From assembly GCF_009914755.1 (NCBI RefSeq), contig NC_060937.1: DNA of 64,000 bases; one strand, given 5' to 3'. The translations under genes were made by a program, and so were the position numbers. Positions 34,461-48,800 of this stretch are shown piece by piece. Source of the DNA: the human T2T-CHM13v2.0 reference genome, Homo sapiens. The notes under the pieces were generated by a model, which worked only from the letters and a program-made list of their open reading frames with translations, searched no databases and was not told the origin of the DNA. Position 1 is the first letter of the stretch. Every line of letters starts with the position of its first letter.

Positions 34461-37400
34461 TACCCAAGGTATATATTCTATACTGTACAAAAAATATCAA
34501 AGTACCCAAAGCATGTATTATATACTGTACATAAAATAATAACGTACATCAAATATATATTTTATTCTGTACATAAAATATCAAAGTACACTAAATATAT
34601 ATTCTATAGTGTACATAAAATATCAAAGTACCCAAACTATACATTATATACTGCACATAAAATATGAAATTACATCAAATATATATTATATTAGGTACAT
34701 AAAATATGAAAGTACATCAAATATATATTATATACTCTACATAAAATACCAAAGTACCCCAAATACATATTATATACTGTACATGCAATATCAAAGTTCA
34801 CACACTATATATTATATACTGTACATAAAATATCAAAGTACCGAAGCTATATATTCTATACTGTACAAAAAATATCAAAGTACCCAAAGCATGTATCATA
34901 TACTGTACATAAAATATGAAAGTACATCAAATATATATTTAATTCTGTACATAAAATATCAAAGTACACCAAATATATATTCTATAGTGTACATAAAATA
35001 TCAAAGTACCCAAACTATACATTATATACTGTACATAAAATATGAAATTGCATCAAATATATATTACATTAGGTACATAAAATATGAAAGTACATCAAAT
35101 ATAGATTATATACTGTACATAAAATACCAAAGTACCCCAAATACATATTATATACTGTACATGCAATATCAAAGTTCACAAACTATATATTATATACTGT
35201 ACATAAAATATCAAAGTACCCAAGGTATATATTCTATACTCTACAAAAAATATCAAACTACGCAAAGCATGTATTATATACTGTACATAAAATATGAAAG
35301 TACATCAAATATATATTTTATTCTGTACATAATATATCAAAGTACACCAAATATATATTCTATAGTGTACATAAAATATCAAAGTACCCAAACTATACAT
35401 TATATCCTGTACATAAAATATGAAATTACATCAAATATATATTATAATAGGTACATAAAATATGAAAGTACATCAAATATAAATTATATACTGTACATAA
35501 AATACCAAAGAACCCCAAATATATATTATATACTGTACATGAAATATCAAATTTCACAAACTATATATTATATACTGTATATAAAATATCAAAGTACCCA
35601 AGGTATATATTCTATACTGTACAAAAAATATCAAAGTACCCAAAGCATGTATTATATACTGTTCATAAAATATGAAAGTACATCAAATATATATTTTATT
35701 CTGTACATAAAATATCAAAGTACACCAAATATATATTCTATAGTGTACATTAAATATCAAAGTACCCAAACTATACATTATATACTGTACATAAAATATG
35801 AAATTACATCAAATATATATTATATTAGGTACATAAAATATGAAAGTACATCAAATATAGATTATATACTGTACATAAAATACCAAAGTACCCCAAATAC
35901 ATATTATATACTGTACATGAAATATCAAAGTTCACAAACTATATATTATATACTGTACATAAAATATCAAAGTACCAAAAGTATATATTCTATACTGTAC
36001 AAAAAATATCAAAGTACCCAAAGCATGTATTATATACTGTACATAAAATATGAAAGTACATCAAATATATATTTTATTCTGTACATAAAATATCAAAGTA
36101 CACCAAATATATATTCTATAGTGTACATAAAATATCAAAGTACCCCAAATATACATTATATACTGTACATAAAATATGATATTACATCAAATATATATTA
36201 TATTAGGTACATAAAATATGAAAGTGCATCAAATATATATTATATACTCTACATAAAATACCAAAGTACCCCAAATACATATTATATACTGTACATGCAA
36301 TATCAAAGTTCACACACTATATATTATATACTGTACATAAAATATCAAAGTACCGAAGCTATATATTCTATACTGTACAAAAAATATCAAAGTACCCAAA
36401 GCATGTATTATATACTGTACATAAAATATGAAAGTATATCAAATATATATTTAATTCTGTACATAAAATATCAAAGTACACCAAATATATATTCTATAGT
36501 GTACATAAAATATCAAATTACCCAAACTATACATTATATACTGTACATAAAACATGAAATTACATCAAATATATATTATATTAGGTACATAAAATATGAA
36601 GGTACATCAAATATAGATTATATACTGTACATAAAATACCAAAGTACCCCAAATATATATTATATACTGTACATGAAATATCAAAGTTCACAAACTATAT
36701 ATTATATACTGTATATAAAATATCAAAGTACCCAAGGTATATATTCTATACTGTACAAAAAATATCAAAGTACCCAAAGCATGTATTATATACTGTTCAT
36801 AAAATATGAAAGTACATCAAATATATATTTTATTCTGTACATAAAATATCAAAGTACACCAAATATATATTCTATAGTGTACATTAAATATCAAAGTACC
36901 CAAACTATACATTATATACTGTACATAAAATATGAAATTACAACAAATATATATTATATTAGGTACATAAAATATGAAAGTACATCAAATATAGATTATA
37001 TACTGTACATAAAATATCAAAGTACCCCAAGTACATATTATATACTGTACATGAAATATCAAAGTTCACAAACTATATATTATATACTGTACATAAAATA
37101 TCAAAGTACCCAAGGTATATATTCTATACTGTACAAAAAATATCAAAGTACCCAAAGCAAGTATTATATACTGTACATAAAATATGAAAGTACATCAAAT
37201 ATATATTTTATTCTGTACATAAAGTATCAAAGTACACCAAATATATATTCTATAGTGTACATAAAATATCAAAGTACCCAAACTATACATTATATACTGT
37301 ACATAAAATATGAAATTACATCAAATATATATTATATTAGGTACTTAAAATATGAAAGTACATCAAATATAAATTATATACTGTACATAAAATACCAAAG

Positions 37401-38139
37401 TACCCCAAATATATATTATATACTGTACATGCAATATCAAAGTTCACAAACTATATATCATATACTGTACATAAAATATCAAAGTACCGAAAGTATATAT
37501 TCTATACTGTACAAAAAATATCAAGGTACCCAAAGCATGTATTATATACTGTACATAAAATATGAAAGTACATCAAATATATATTTAATTCTGTACATAA
37601 AATATCAAAGTACACCAAATATATATTCTATAGTGTACATAAAATATCAAATTACCCAAACTATACATTATATACTGTACATAAAACATGAAATTACATC
37701 AAATATATATTATATTAGGTACATAAAATATGAAGGTACATCAAATATAGATTATATACTGTACATAAAATACCAAAGTACCACAAATATATATTATATA
37801 CTGTACATGAAATATCAAAGTTCACAAACTATATATTATATACTGTATATAAAATATCAAAGTACCCAAGGTATATATTCTATACTGTACAAAAAATATC
37901 AAAGTACCCAAAGCATGTATTATATACTGTTCATAAAATATGAAAGTACATCAAATATATATTTTATTCTGTACATAAAATATCAAAGTACACCAAATAT
38001 ATATTCTATAGTGTACATTAAATATCAAAGTACCCAAACTATACATTATATACTGTACATAAAATATGAAATTACATCAAATATATATTATATTAGGTAC
38101 ATAAAATATGAAAGTACATCAAATATAGATTATATACTG

Positions 38140-39830
38140 TACATAAAATATCAAAGTACCCAAATATATATCATATACTGTACATGAATTATCAAAGTTC
38201 ACAAACTATATATTATATACTGTACACAAAATATCAAAGTATCCAAGGTATATATTCTATACTGTACAAAAAATATCAAAGTACCCAAATCATGTATTAT
38301 ATACTGTACATAAAATATGAAAGTAAATCAAATATATATTTTATTCTGTACATAAAATATCAAAGTACACCAGATATATATTTTATTGTGTACATAAAAT
38401 ATCAAAGTACCCAAACTATACATTATATACTGTACATAAAATATGAAATTACATCAAATATATATTATATTAGGTACATAAAATATGAAAGTACATCAAA
38501 TATAGATTATATACTGTATATAAAATATCAAAGTACCCCAAATATATATTATATACTGTACATGAAATATCAAAGAACCCAAGGTATATATTCTATACTG
38601 TAGAAAAAATATCAAAGTACCAAAAGCATGTATTATATACTGTACATAAAATATGAAAGTACATCAAATATATATTTTATTATGTACATAAAATATCAAA
38701 GTACACCAGATATGTATTTTATAGTGTACATAAAATATCAAAGTACCCAAAGTATACATCATATACTGTACATAAAATATGAAATTACATCAAATATATA
38801 TTATATTTGGTACGTAAAATATGAAATTACATCAAATATAGATTATATACTGTACATAAAATATCAAAGTACCCCAAATATATATTATATACTGTACATG
38901 AAATATCAAAGTTCACAAACTATATATTATATTCTGTACATAAAATATCAAAGTACCCAATGTATATATTCTATACTGTACAAAAAATATCAAAGTACCC
39001 AAAGCATGTATTATATACTGTACAAAAAATATGAAAGTACATCAAATATATATTTTATTCTGAACATAAAATATCAAAGTACAACAGATATATATTTTAT
39101 AGTGTACATAAAATATCAAAGTACTCAAACTATACATTACATACTGTACATAAAATATGAAATTACATCAAATATATATTATATTAGGTACATAAAATAT
39201 GAAAGTACATCAAATATAGATTATATACTGTACATAAAATATCAAAGTACCCCAAATATATATTATATACTCTACATGAAATATCAAACTTCAGAATCTA
39301 TATATTATATACTGTAGAGAAAATATTAAAGTACCCAACGTATATATTCTATACTGTACAAAAAATATCAAAGTATGCAAAGCATGTATTATATACTGTA
39401 CATAAAATATGAAAGTACATCAAATATATATTTTATTCTGTACATAAAATATCAAAGTACACCAGATATATATTTTATCGTGTACATAAAATATCAAAGT
39501 ACCCAAACTATACATTATATACTGTACATAAAATATGAAATTACATCAAATATATATTATATTAGGTACATAAAATATGAAAGTAGATCAAATATAGATT
39601 ATTAACTGTACATAAAATATCAAAGAACCCCAAATATATATTATATACTGTACATGAAATATCAAACTTCACAAACAATATATTATATACTGTACATAAA
39701 ATATCAAAGTACCCAAGTTATATATTCTATACTGTACAAAAAATATCGAAGTACCCAAAGCATGTATTATATACTGTACATAAAATATGAAAGTACATCA
39801 AATATATATTTTATTCTGTACATAAAATAT
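38140..39830 (+). repeat. Diverged 9-mer transition zone with private E-monomer variant (CAGATATATATTTTAT)
   Basis: The E variant is at ~38371, ~38708, ~39086 and ~39462. The first 41-bp I monomer is at 38140-38180, there is one 8-mer unit at ~38560, and substitution density is visibly higher (e.g. 39290-39345). Confidence 0.8.
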
Positions 39831-42800
39831 CAAAGTACACCAAATATATATTCTATACTGTACATAAAATATCAAGGTACCCAACCTATACATTATATAC
39901 TGTACATAAAATATGAAATTACATCAAATATATATTATATTAGGTACATAAAATATGAAAGTACATCAAATATAGATTATATACTGTACATAAAATATCA
40001 AAGTACCCAAATATATATCATATACTGTACATGTAATATCAAGTTACCCAAACTATACATTACATACTGTACATAAAATATGAAATTACATCAAATATAT
40101 ATTATATTAGGTACATAAAATATGAAATTACATCAAATATATATTAAATTAGGTATGTAAAATATGAAAGTACATCAAATATAGATTATATACTGTACAT
40201 AAAATACCAAAGTACCACAAATATATATTTTGTACTGTACATGAAATATCAAAGTTCTCAAACTCTATATTATATACTGCACATAAAATATCAAAGTACC
40301 CAAGGTATATATTCCATACTGTACATAAAATGTCAAAGTACCCAAAGCATATATTATATGCTGTACATAAAATATGAAAGTACATCAAATATATATTTTA
40401 TTCTCTACATAAAATATCAAAGTACACCAAATATATATTCTATACTGTACATAAAATATCAAGGTACCCAAACTATACATTATATACTGTACATAAAATA
40501 TGAAATTACATCAAATATATATTATATTAGGTACATAAAATATGAAAGTACATCAAATATAGATTCTATACTGTACATAAAATATCAAAGTACCCAAATA
40601 TATATCATATACTGTACATGAAATATCAAAGTTCACAAACTATACGTTATATACTGTACATGAAATATGAAATTACATCAAATATATATTTTATTAGGTA
40701 TGTAAAATATGAAAGTACATCAAATATAGATTATATACTGTACATAAAATACCAAAGTACCCCAAATATATATTTTATACTGTACATGAAATATCAAGGT
40801 ACCCAAACTATACATTATATACTGTACATAAAATATGAAATTACATCAAATTTAGATTATATTAGGTACATAAAATATGAAATTGCATCAAATATATATT
40901 ATATTATGTATGTAAAATATGAAAGTACATCAAATATAGATTATATACTATACATAAAATACCAAAGTACCCCAAATATATATTTTATACTGTACATGAA
41001 ATATCAAAGTACTCAAACTATATATTATATACTGCACATAAAATATCAAAGTACCCAAGGTATATATTCCATACTGTACAAAAAATATCAAAGTACCCAA
41101 AGCATATATTATATGCTGTACATAAAATATGAAAGTACATGAAATATATATTTTATTCTCTACATAAAATATCAAAGTACACCAAATATATATTCTATAC
41201 TGTAAATAAAATATCAAGGTACCCAAACTATACATTATATACTGTACATAAAATATGAAATTACATCAAATATATATTATATTAGGTACATAAAATATGA
41301 AAGTACATCAAATATAGATTCAATACTGTACATAAAATATCAAAGTACCCAAATATATATCATATACTGTACATGAAATATCAAAGTTCACAAACTATAC
41401 GTTATATACTGTACATGAAATATGAAATTACATCAAATATATATTTTATTAGGTATGTAAAATATGAAAGTACATCAAATATAGATTATATACTGTACAT
41501 AAAATACCAAAGTACCCCAAATATATATTTTATACTGTACATGAAATATCAAGGTACCCAAACTATACATTATATACTGTACATAAAATATGAAATTACA
41601 TCTAATTTAGATTATATTAGGTACATAAAATATGAAATTACATCAAATATATATTATATTAGGTATGTAAAATATGAAAGTACATCAAATATAGATTATA
41701 TACTGTACATAAAGTACCAAAGTACCCCAAATATATATTTTATACTGTACATGAAATATCAACGTTCTCAAACTATATATTATATACTGCACATAAAATA
41801 TCAAAGTACCCAAACTATATATTCCATACTGTACAAAAAATATCAAAGTACCCAAAGCATATATTATATGCTACACATAAAATATGAAAGTACATCAAAT
41901 ATATATTTTATTCTGCACATAAAATATCAAAGTACACCAAATATATATTCTATACTGTACATAAAATATCAAGGTACCCAAACTATACATTATATACTGT
42001 ACATAAAATATGAAATTACATCAAATATATATTATATTAGGTACATAAAAAATGAAAGTACATCAAATATAGATTATATACTGTACATAAAATATCAAAG
42101 TACCCAAATATATATCATATACTGTACATGAAATATCAAAGTTCACAAACAATATATTATATACTGTACATAAAATATCAAAGTACCCAAACTATACATT
42201 ATATACTGTACATAAAATATGAAATTGCATCAAATATATATTATATTATGTATGTAAAATATGAAAGTACATCAAATATAGATTATATACTGTACATAAA
42301 ATACCAAAGTACCCCAAATATATATTTTATACTGTACATGAAATATCAAAGTACTCAAACTATATATTATATACTGCACATAAAATATCAAAGTACCCAA
42401 GGTATATATTCCATACTGTACAAAAAATATCAAAGTACCCAAAGCATATATTATATGCTGTACATAAAATATGAAAGTACATGAAATATATATTTTATTC
42501 TCTACATAAAATATCAAAGTACACCAAATATATATTCTATACTGTACATAAAATATCAAGGTACCCAAACTATACATTATATACTGTACGTAAAATATGA
42601 AATTTCATCAAATATATATTATATTAGGTACATAAAATATGAAAGTACATCAAATATAGATTCTATACTGTACATAAAATATCAAAGTACCCAAATATAT
42701 ATCATATACTGTACATGAAATATCAAAGTTCACAAACTATACGTTATATACTGTACATGAAATATGAAATTACATCAAATATATATTTTATTAGGTATGT

Positions 42801-45800
42801 AAAATATGAAAGTACATCAAATATAGATTATATACTGTACATAAAATACCAAAGTACCCCAAATATATATTTTATACTGTACATGAAATATCAAGGTACC
42901 CAAACTATACATTATATACTGTACATAAAATATGAAATTACATCAAATTTAGATTATATTAGGTACATAAAATATGAAATTACTTCAAATATATATTATA
43001 TTAGGTATGTAAAATATGAAAGTACATCAAATATAGATTATATACTGTACATAAAATACCAAAGTACCCCAAATATATATTTTATACTGTACATGAAATA
43101 TCAACGTTCTCAAACTATATATTATATACTGCACATAAAATATCAAAGTACCCAAACTATATATTCCATACTGTACAAAAAATATCAAAGTACCCACAGC
43201 ATATATTATATGCTACACATAAAATATGAAAGTACATCAAATATATATTTTATTCTGTACATAAAATATCAAAGTACACCAAATATATATTCTATACTGT
43301 ACATAAAATATCAAGGTACCCAAACTATACATTATATACTGTACATAAAATATGAAATTACATCAAATATATATTATATTAGGTACATAAAAAATGAAAG
43401 TACATCAAATATAGATTATATACTGTACATAAAATATCAAAGTACCCAAATATATATCATATACTGTACATGAAATATCAAAGTTCACAAACTATATATT
43501 ATATACTGTACATAAAATATCAAAGTACCCAAACTATACATTATAAACTGTACATAAAATATGAAATTGCATCAAATATAGATTATATTATGTATGTAAA
43601 ATATGAAAGTACATCAAATATAGATTATATACTGTACATAAAATACCAAAGTACCCCAAATATATATTTTATACTGTACATGAAATATCAAAGTACTCAA
43701 ACTATATATTATATACTGCACATAAAATATCAAAGTACCCAAGGTATATATTCCATACTGTACAAAAAATATCAAAGTACCCAAAGCATATATTATATGC
43801 TGTACATAAAATATGAAAGTACATGAAATATATATTTTATTCTCTACATAAAATATCAAAGTACACCAAATATATATTCTATACTGTAAATAAAATATCA
43901 AGGTACCCAAACTATACATTATATACTGTACATAAAATATGAAATTACATCAAATATATATTATATTAGGTACATAAAATATGAAAGTACATCAAATATA
44001 GATTATATACTTTACATAAAATATCAAAGTACCCAAATATATGTCATATACTGTACATGAAATATCAAAGTTCACAAACTATATATTATATACTGTACAT
44101 AAAATATGAAATTACATCAAATATATATTATATTAGGTACAGAAAATATGAAATTACATCAAATATATATTATATTAGGTATGTAAAATATGAAAGTACA
44201 TCAAATATAGATTATATACTGTACATAAAATACCAAAGTACCCCAAATATATATTTTATACTGTACATGAAATATCAAAGTTCTCAAACTATATATTATA
44301 TACTGCACATAAAATATCAAAGTACCCAAGGTATATATTCCATACTGTACAAAAAATATCAAAGTACCCAAAGCATATATTATCTGCTGTACATAAAATA
44401 TGAAAGTACATCAAATATATATTTTATTGTGTACATAAAATATCAAAGTACACCAAATAAATATTCTAAACTGCACATAAAATATCAAGGTACCCAAACT
44501 ATACATTATATACTGTACATAAAATATGAAATTACATCAAATATATATTATATTAGGTACATAAAATATGAAAGTACATCAAATATAGATTATATACTGT
44601 ACATAAAATATCAAAGTACCCAAATATATATCATATACTGTACATGAAATATCAAAGTTCACAAACTATATATTATATACTGTACATAAAATATCAAAGT
44701 ACCCAAACTATACATTATATACTGTACACAAAATATGAAATTACATCAAATATATATTATATTAGGTATGTAAAATATGAAAGTACATCAAATATAGATT
44801 ATATACTGTACATAAAATACCAAAGTAACCCAAATATATATTTTATACTGTACATGAAATATCAAAGTTCTCAAACTATATATTATATACGGCACATAAA
44901 ATATCAAAGTACCCAAGGTATATATTCCATACTGTACAAAAAATATCAAAGTACCCAAAGCATATATTATATGCTGTACATAAAATATGAAACTACATCA
45001 AATATATATTTTATTCTGTACATAAAATATCAAAGTACACCAAATATATATTCTATACTGTACATAAAATATCAAGGTACCCAAACTATACATTATATAC
45101 TGTACATAAAATATGAAATTACATCAAATATATATTATATTAGGTACATAAAATATGAAAGTACATCAAATATAGATTATATACTGTACATAAAATATCA
45201 AAGTACCCAAATATATATCATATACTGTACATGAAATATCAAAGTTCACAAACTATATATTATATACTGTACATAAAATATCAAAGTACCCAAACTATAC
45301 ATTATATACTGTACATAAAATATGAAGTTACATCAAATATATATTTTATTAGGTATGTAAAATATGAAAGTACATCAAATATAGATTATATATTGTACAT
45401 AAAATACCAAAGTACCCCAAATATATATTTTATACTGTACATGAAATATCAAAGTTCTCAAACTATATATTATATAGTGCACATAAAATATCAAAGTACC
45501 CAAGGTATATATTCCATACTGTACAAAAATTATCAAAGTACCCAAAGCATATATTATATGCTGTACATAAAATATGAAAGTACATCAAGTATATATTTTA
45601 TTCTGTACATAAAATATCAAAGTACACCAAATATATACTCTATACTGTACATAAAATATCAAGGTACCCAAACTATACATTATATACTGTACATAAGATA
45701 TGAAATTACATCAAATATATATTATATTAGGTATGTAAAATATGAAAGTACATCAAATATAGATTATATACTGTACATAAAATATCAAAGTACCCAAATA

Positions 45801-48800
45801 TATATCATATATTGTACATGAAATATCAAAGTTCACAAACTATATATTATATACTGTACATAAAATATAAAAGTACCCAAACTATACATTATATACTGTA
45901 CATAAAATATGAAATTACATCAAATATATATTTTATTAGGTATGTAAAATATGAAAGTACATCAAATATAGATTATATACTGTACATAAAATACCAAAGT
46001 ACCCCAAATATATATTTTATACTGTACATGAAATATCAAAGTTCTCAAACTCTATATTATATACTGCACATAAAATATCAAAGTACCCAAGGTATATATT
46101 CCATACTGTACAAAAAATGTCAAAGTACCCAAAGCATATATTATATGCTGTACATAAAATTTGAAAGTACATCAAATATATATTTTATTCTGTACATAAA
46201 ATATCAAAGTACACCAAATATATATTCTATACTGTACATAAAATATCAAGGTACCCAAACTATACATTATATACTGTACATAAAATATGAAATTACATCA
46301 AATATATATTATATTAGGTACATAAAATATGAAAGTACATCAAATATAGATTATATACTGTACATAAAATATCAAACTACACAAATATATATCATATACT
46401 GTACATGAAATATCAAGGTACCCAAACTATACATTATATACTGTACATAAAATATGAAATTACATCAAATATATATTATATTAGGTACAGAAAATATGAA
46501 ATTACATCAAATATATATTATATTAGGTATGTAAAATATGAAAGTACATCAAATATAGATTATATACTGTACATAAAATACCAAAGTACCCCAAATATAT
46601 ATTTTATACTGTACATGAAATATCAAAGTTCTCAAACTATATATTATATACTGCACATAAAATATCAAAGTACCCAAGATATATATTCCATACTGTACAA
46701 AAAATATCAAAGTCCCCAAAGCATATATTATATGCTGTACATAAAATATGAAAGTACATCAAATATATATTTTATTCTGTACATAAAATATCAAAGTACA
46801 CCAAATATATATTCTATACTGTACATAAAATATCAAGGTAACCAAACTATACATTATATACTGTACATAAGATATGAAATTACATCAAATATATATTATA
46901 TTAGGTACATAAAATATGAAAGTACATCAAATATAGATTATATACTGTACATAAAATATCAAAGTACCCAAATATATATCATATACTGTACATGAAATAT
47001 CAAAGTTCACAAACTATATATTATATACTGTACATAAAATATCAAAGTACCCAAACTATACATTATATACTGTACATAAAATATGAAATTTCATCAAATA
47101 TATATTTTATTAGGTATGTAAAATATGAAAGTACATCAAATATAGATTATATACTGTACATAAAATACCAAAGTACCCCAAATATATATTTTATACTGTA
47201 CATGAAATATCAAAGTTCTCAAACTATATATTATATAGTGCACATAAAATATCAAAGTACCCAAGGTATATATTCCATACTGTACAAAAAATATCAAAGT
47301 ACCCAAAGCATATATTATATGCTGTACATAAAATATGAAAGTACATCAAATATATATTTTATTCTGTACATAAAATATCAAAGTACACCAAATATATATT
47401 CTATACAGTACATAAAATATCAAGGTACCCAAACTATACATTATATACTGTACATAAGATATGAAATTACATCAAATATATATTATATTAGGTACATAAA
47501 ATATGAAAGTACATCAAATATAGATTATATACTGTACATAAAATATCAAAGTACCCAAATATATATCATATACTGTACATGAAATATCAAAGTTCACAAA
47601 CTATATATTATATACTGTACATAAAATATCAAAGTACCCAAACTATACATTATATACTGTACATAAAATATGAAATTACATCAAATATATATTATATTAG
47701 GTATGTAAAATATGAAAGTACATCAAATATAGATTATATACTGAACATAAAATACCAAAGTACCCCAAATATATATTTTATACTGTACATGAAATATCAA
47801 AGTTCTCAAACTATATATTATATACTGCACATAAAATATCAAAGTACCCAAGGTATATATTCCATACTGTACAAAAAATATCAAAGTACCCAAAGCATAT
47901 ATTATATGCTGTACATAAAATATGAAAGTACATCAAATATATATTTTATTCTGTACATAAAATATCAAAGTACACCAAATATATATTCTATACTGTACAT
48001 AAAATATCAACGTACCCAAACTATACATTATATACTGTACATAAAATATGAAATTACATAAAATATATATTATATTAGGTACATAAAATATGAAAGTACA
48101 TCAAATATAGATTATATACTGTACATAAAATATCAAAGTACCCAAATATATATCATATACTGTACATGAAATATCAAAGTTCACAAACTATATATTATAT
48201 ACTGTACATAAAATATCAAAGTACCCAAACTATACATTATATACTGTACATAAAAGATGAAATTACATCAAATATATATTATATTAGGTATGTAAAATAT
48301 GAGAGTACATCAAATATAGATTATATACTGTACATAAAATACCAAAGTACCCCAAATATATATTTTATACTGTACATGAAATATCAAAGTTCTCAAACTA
48401 TATATTATATACTGCACATAAAATATCAAAGTACCCACGGTATATATTCCATACTGTACAAAAAATATCAAAGTACCCAAAGCATATATTATATGCTGTA
48501 CATAAAATATGAAAGTACATCAAATATATATTTTATTCTGTACATAAAATATCAAAGTACACCAAATATATATTCTATACTGTACATAAAATATCAAGGT
48601 ACCCAAACTATACATTATATACTGTACATAAAATATGAAATTACATCAAATATATATTATATTAGGTACATAAAATATGAAAGTACATCAAATATAGATT
48701 ATATACTGTACATAAAATATCAAAGTACCCAAATATATATCATATACTGTACATGAAATATCAAAGTTCACAAACTATATATTATATACTGTACATAAAA

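Larger units (their letters stand above)
1..38139 (+). repeat. Canonical 378-bp 9-mer HOR domain (left), monomer order A-B-C-D-E-F-G-H-I
   Basis: Diagnostic motifs recur every 378 bp: CATGAAATATCAAAGTTCACA (A), CCAAGGTATATATTCT (B), AAAGCATG (C), ATAGTGTAC (E), GAAATTAC...TTAGGTAC (G), ATAGATT (H). For example A starts at 2789/3167, 10978/11356/11734/12112 and 17512/17890 (C). Confidence 0.95.
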
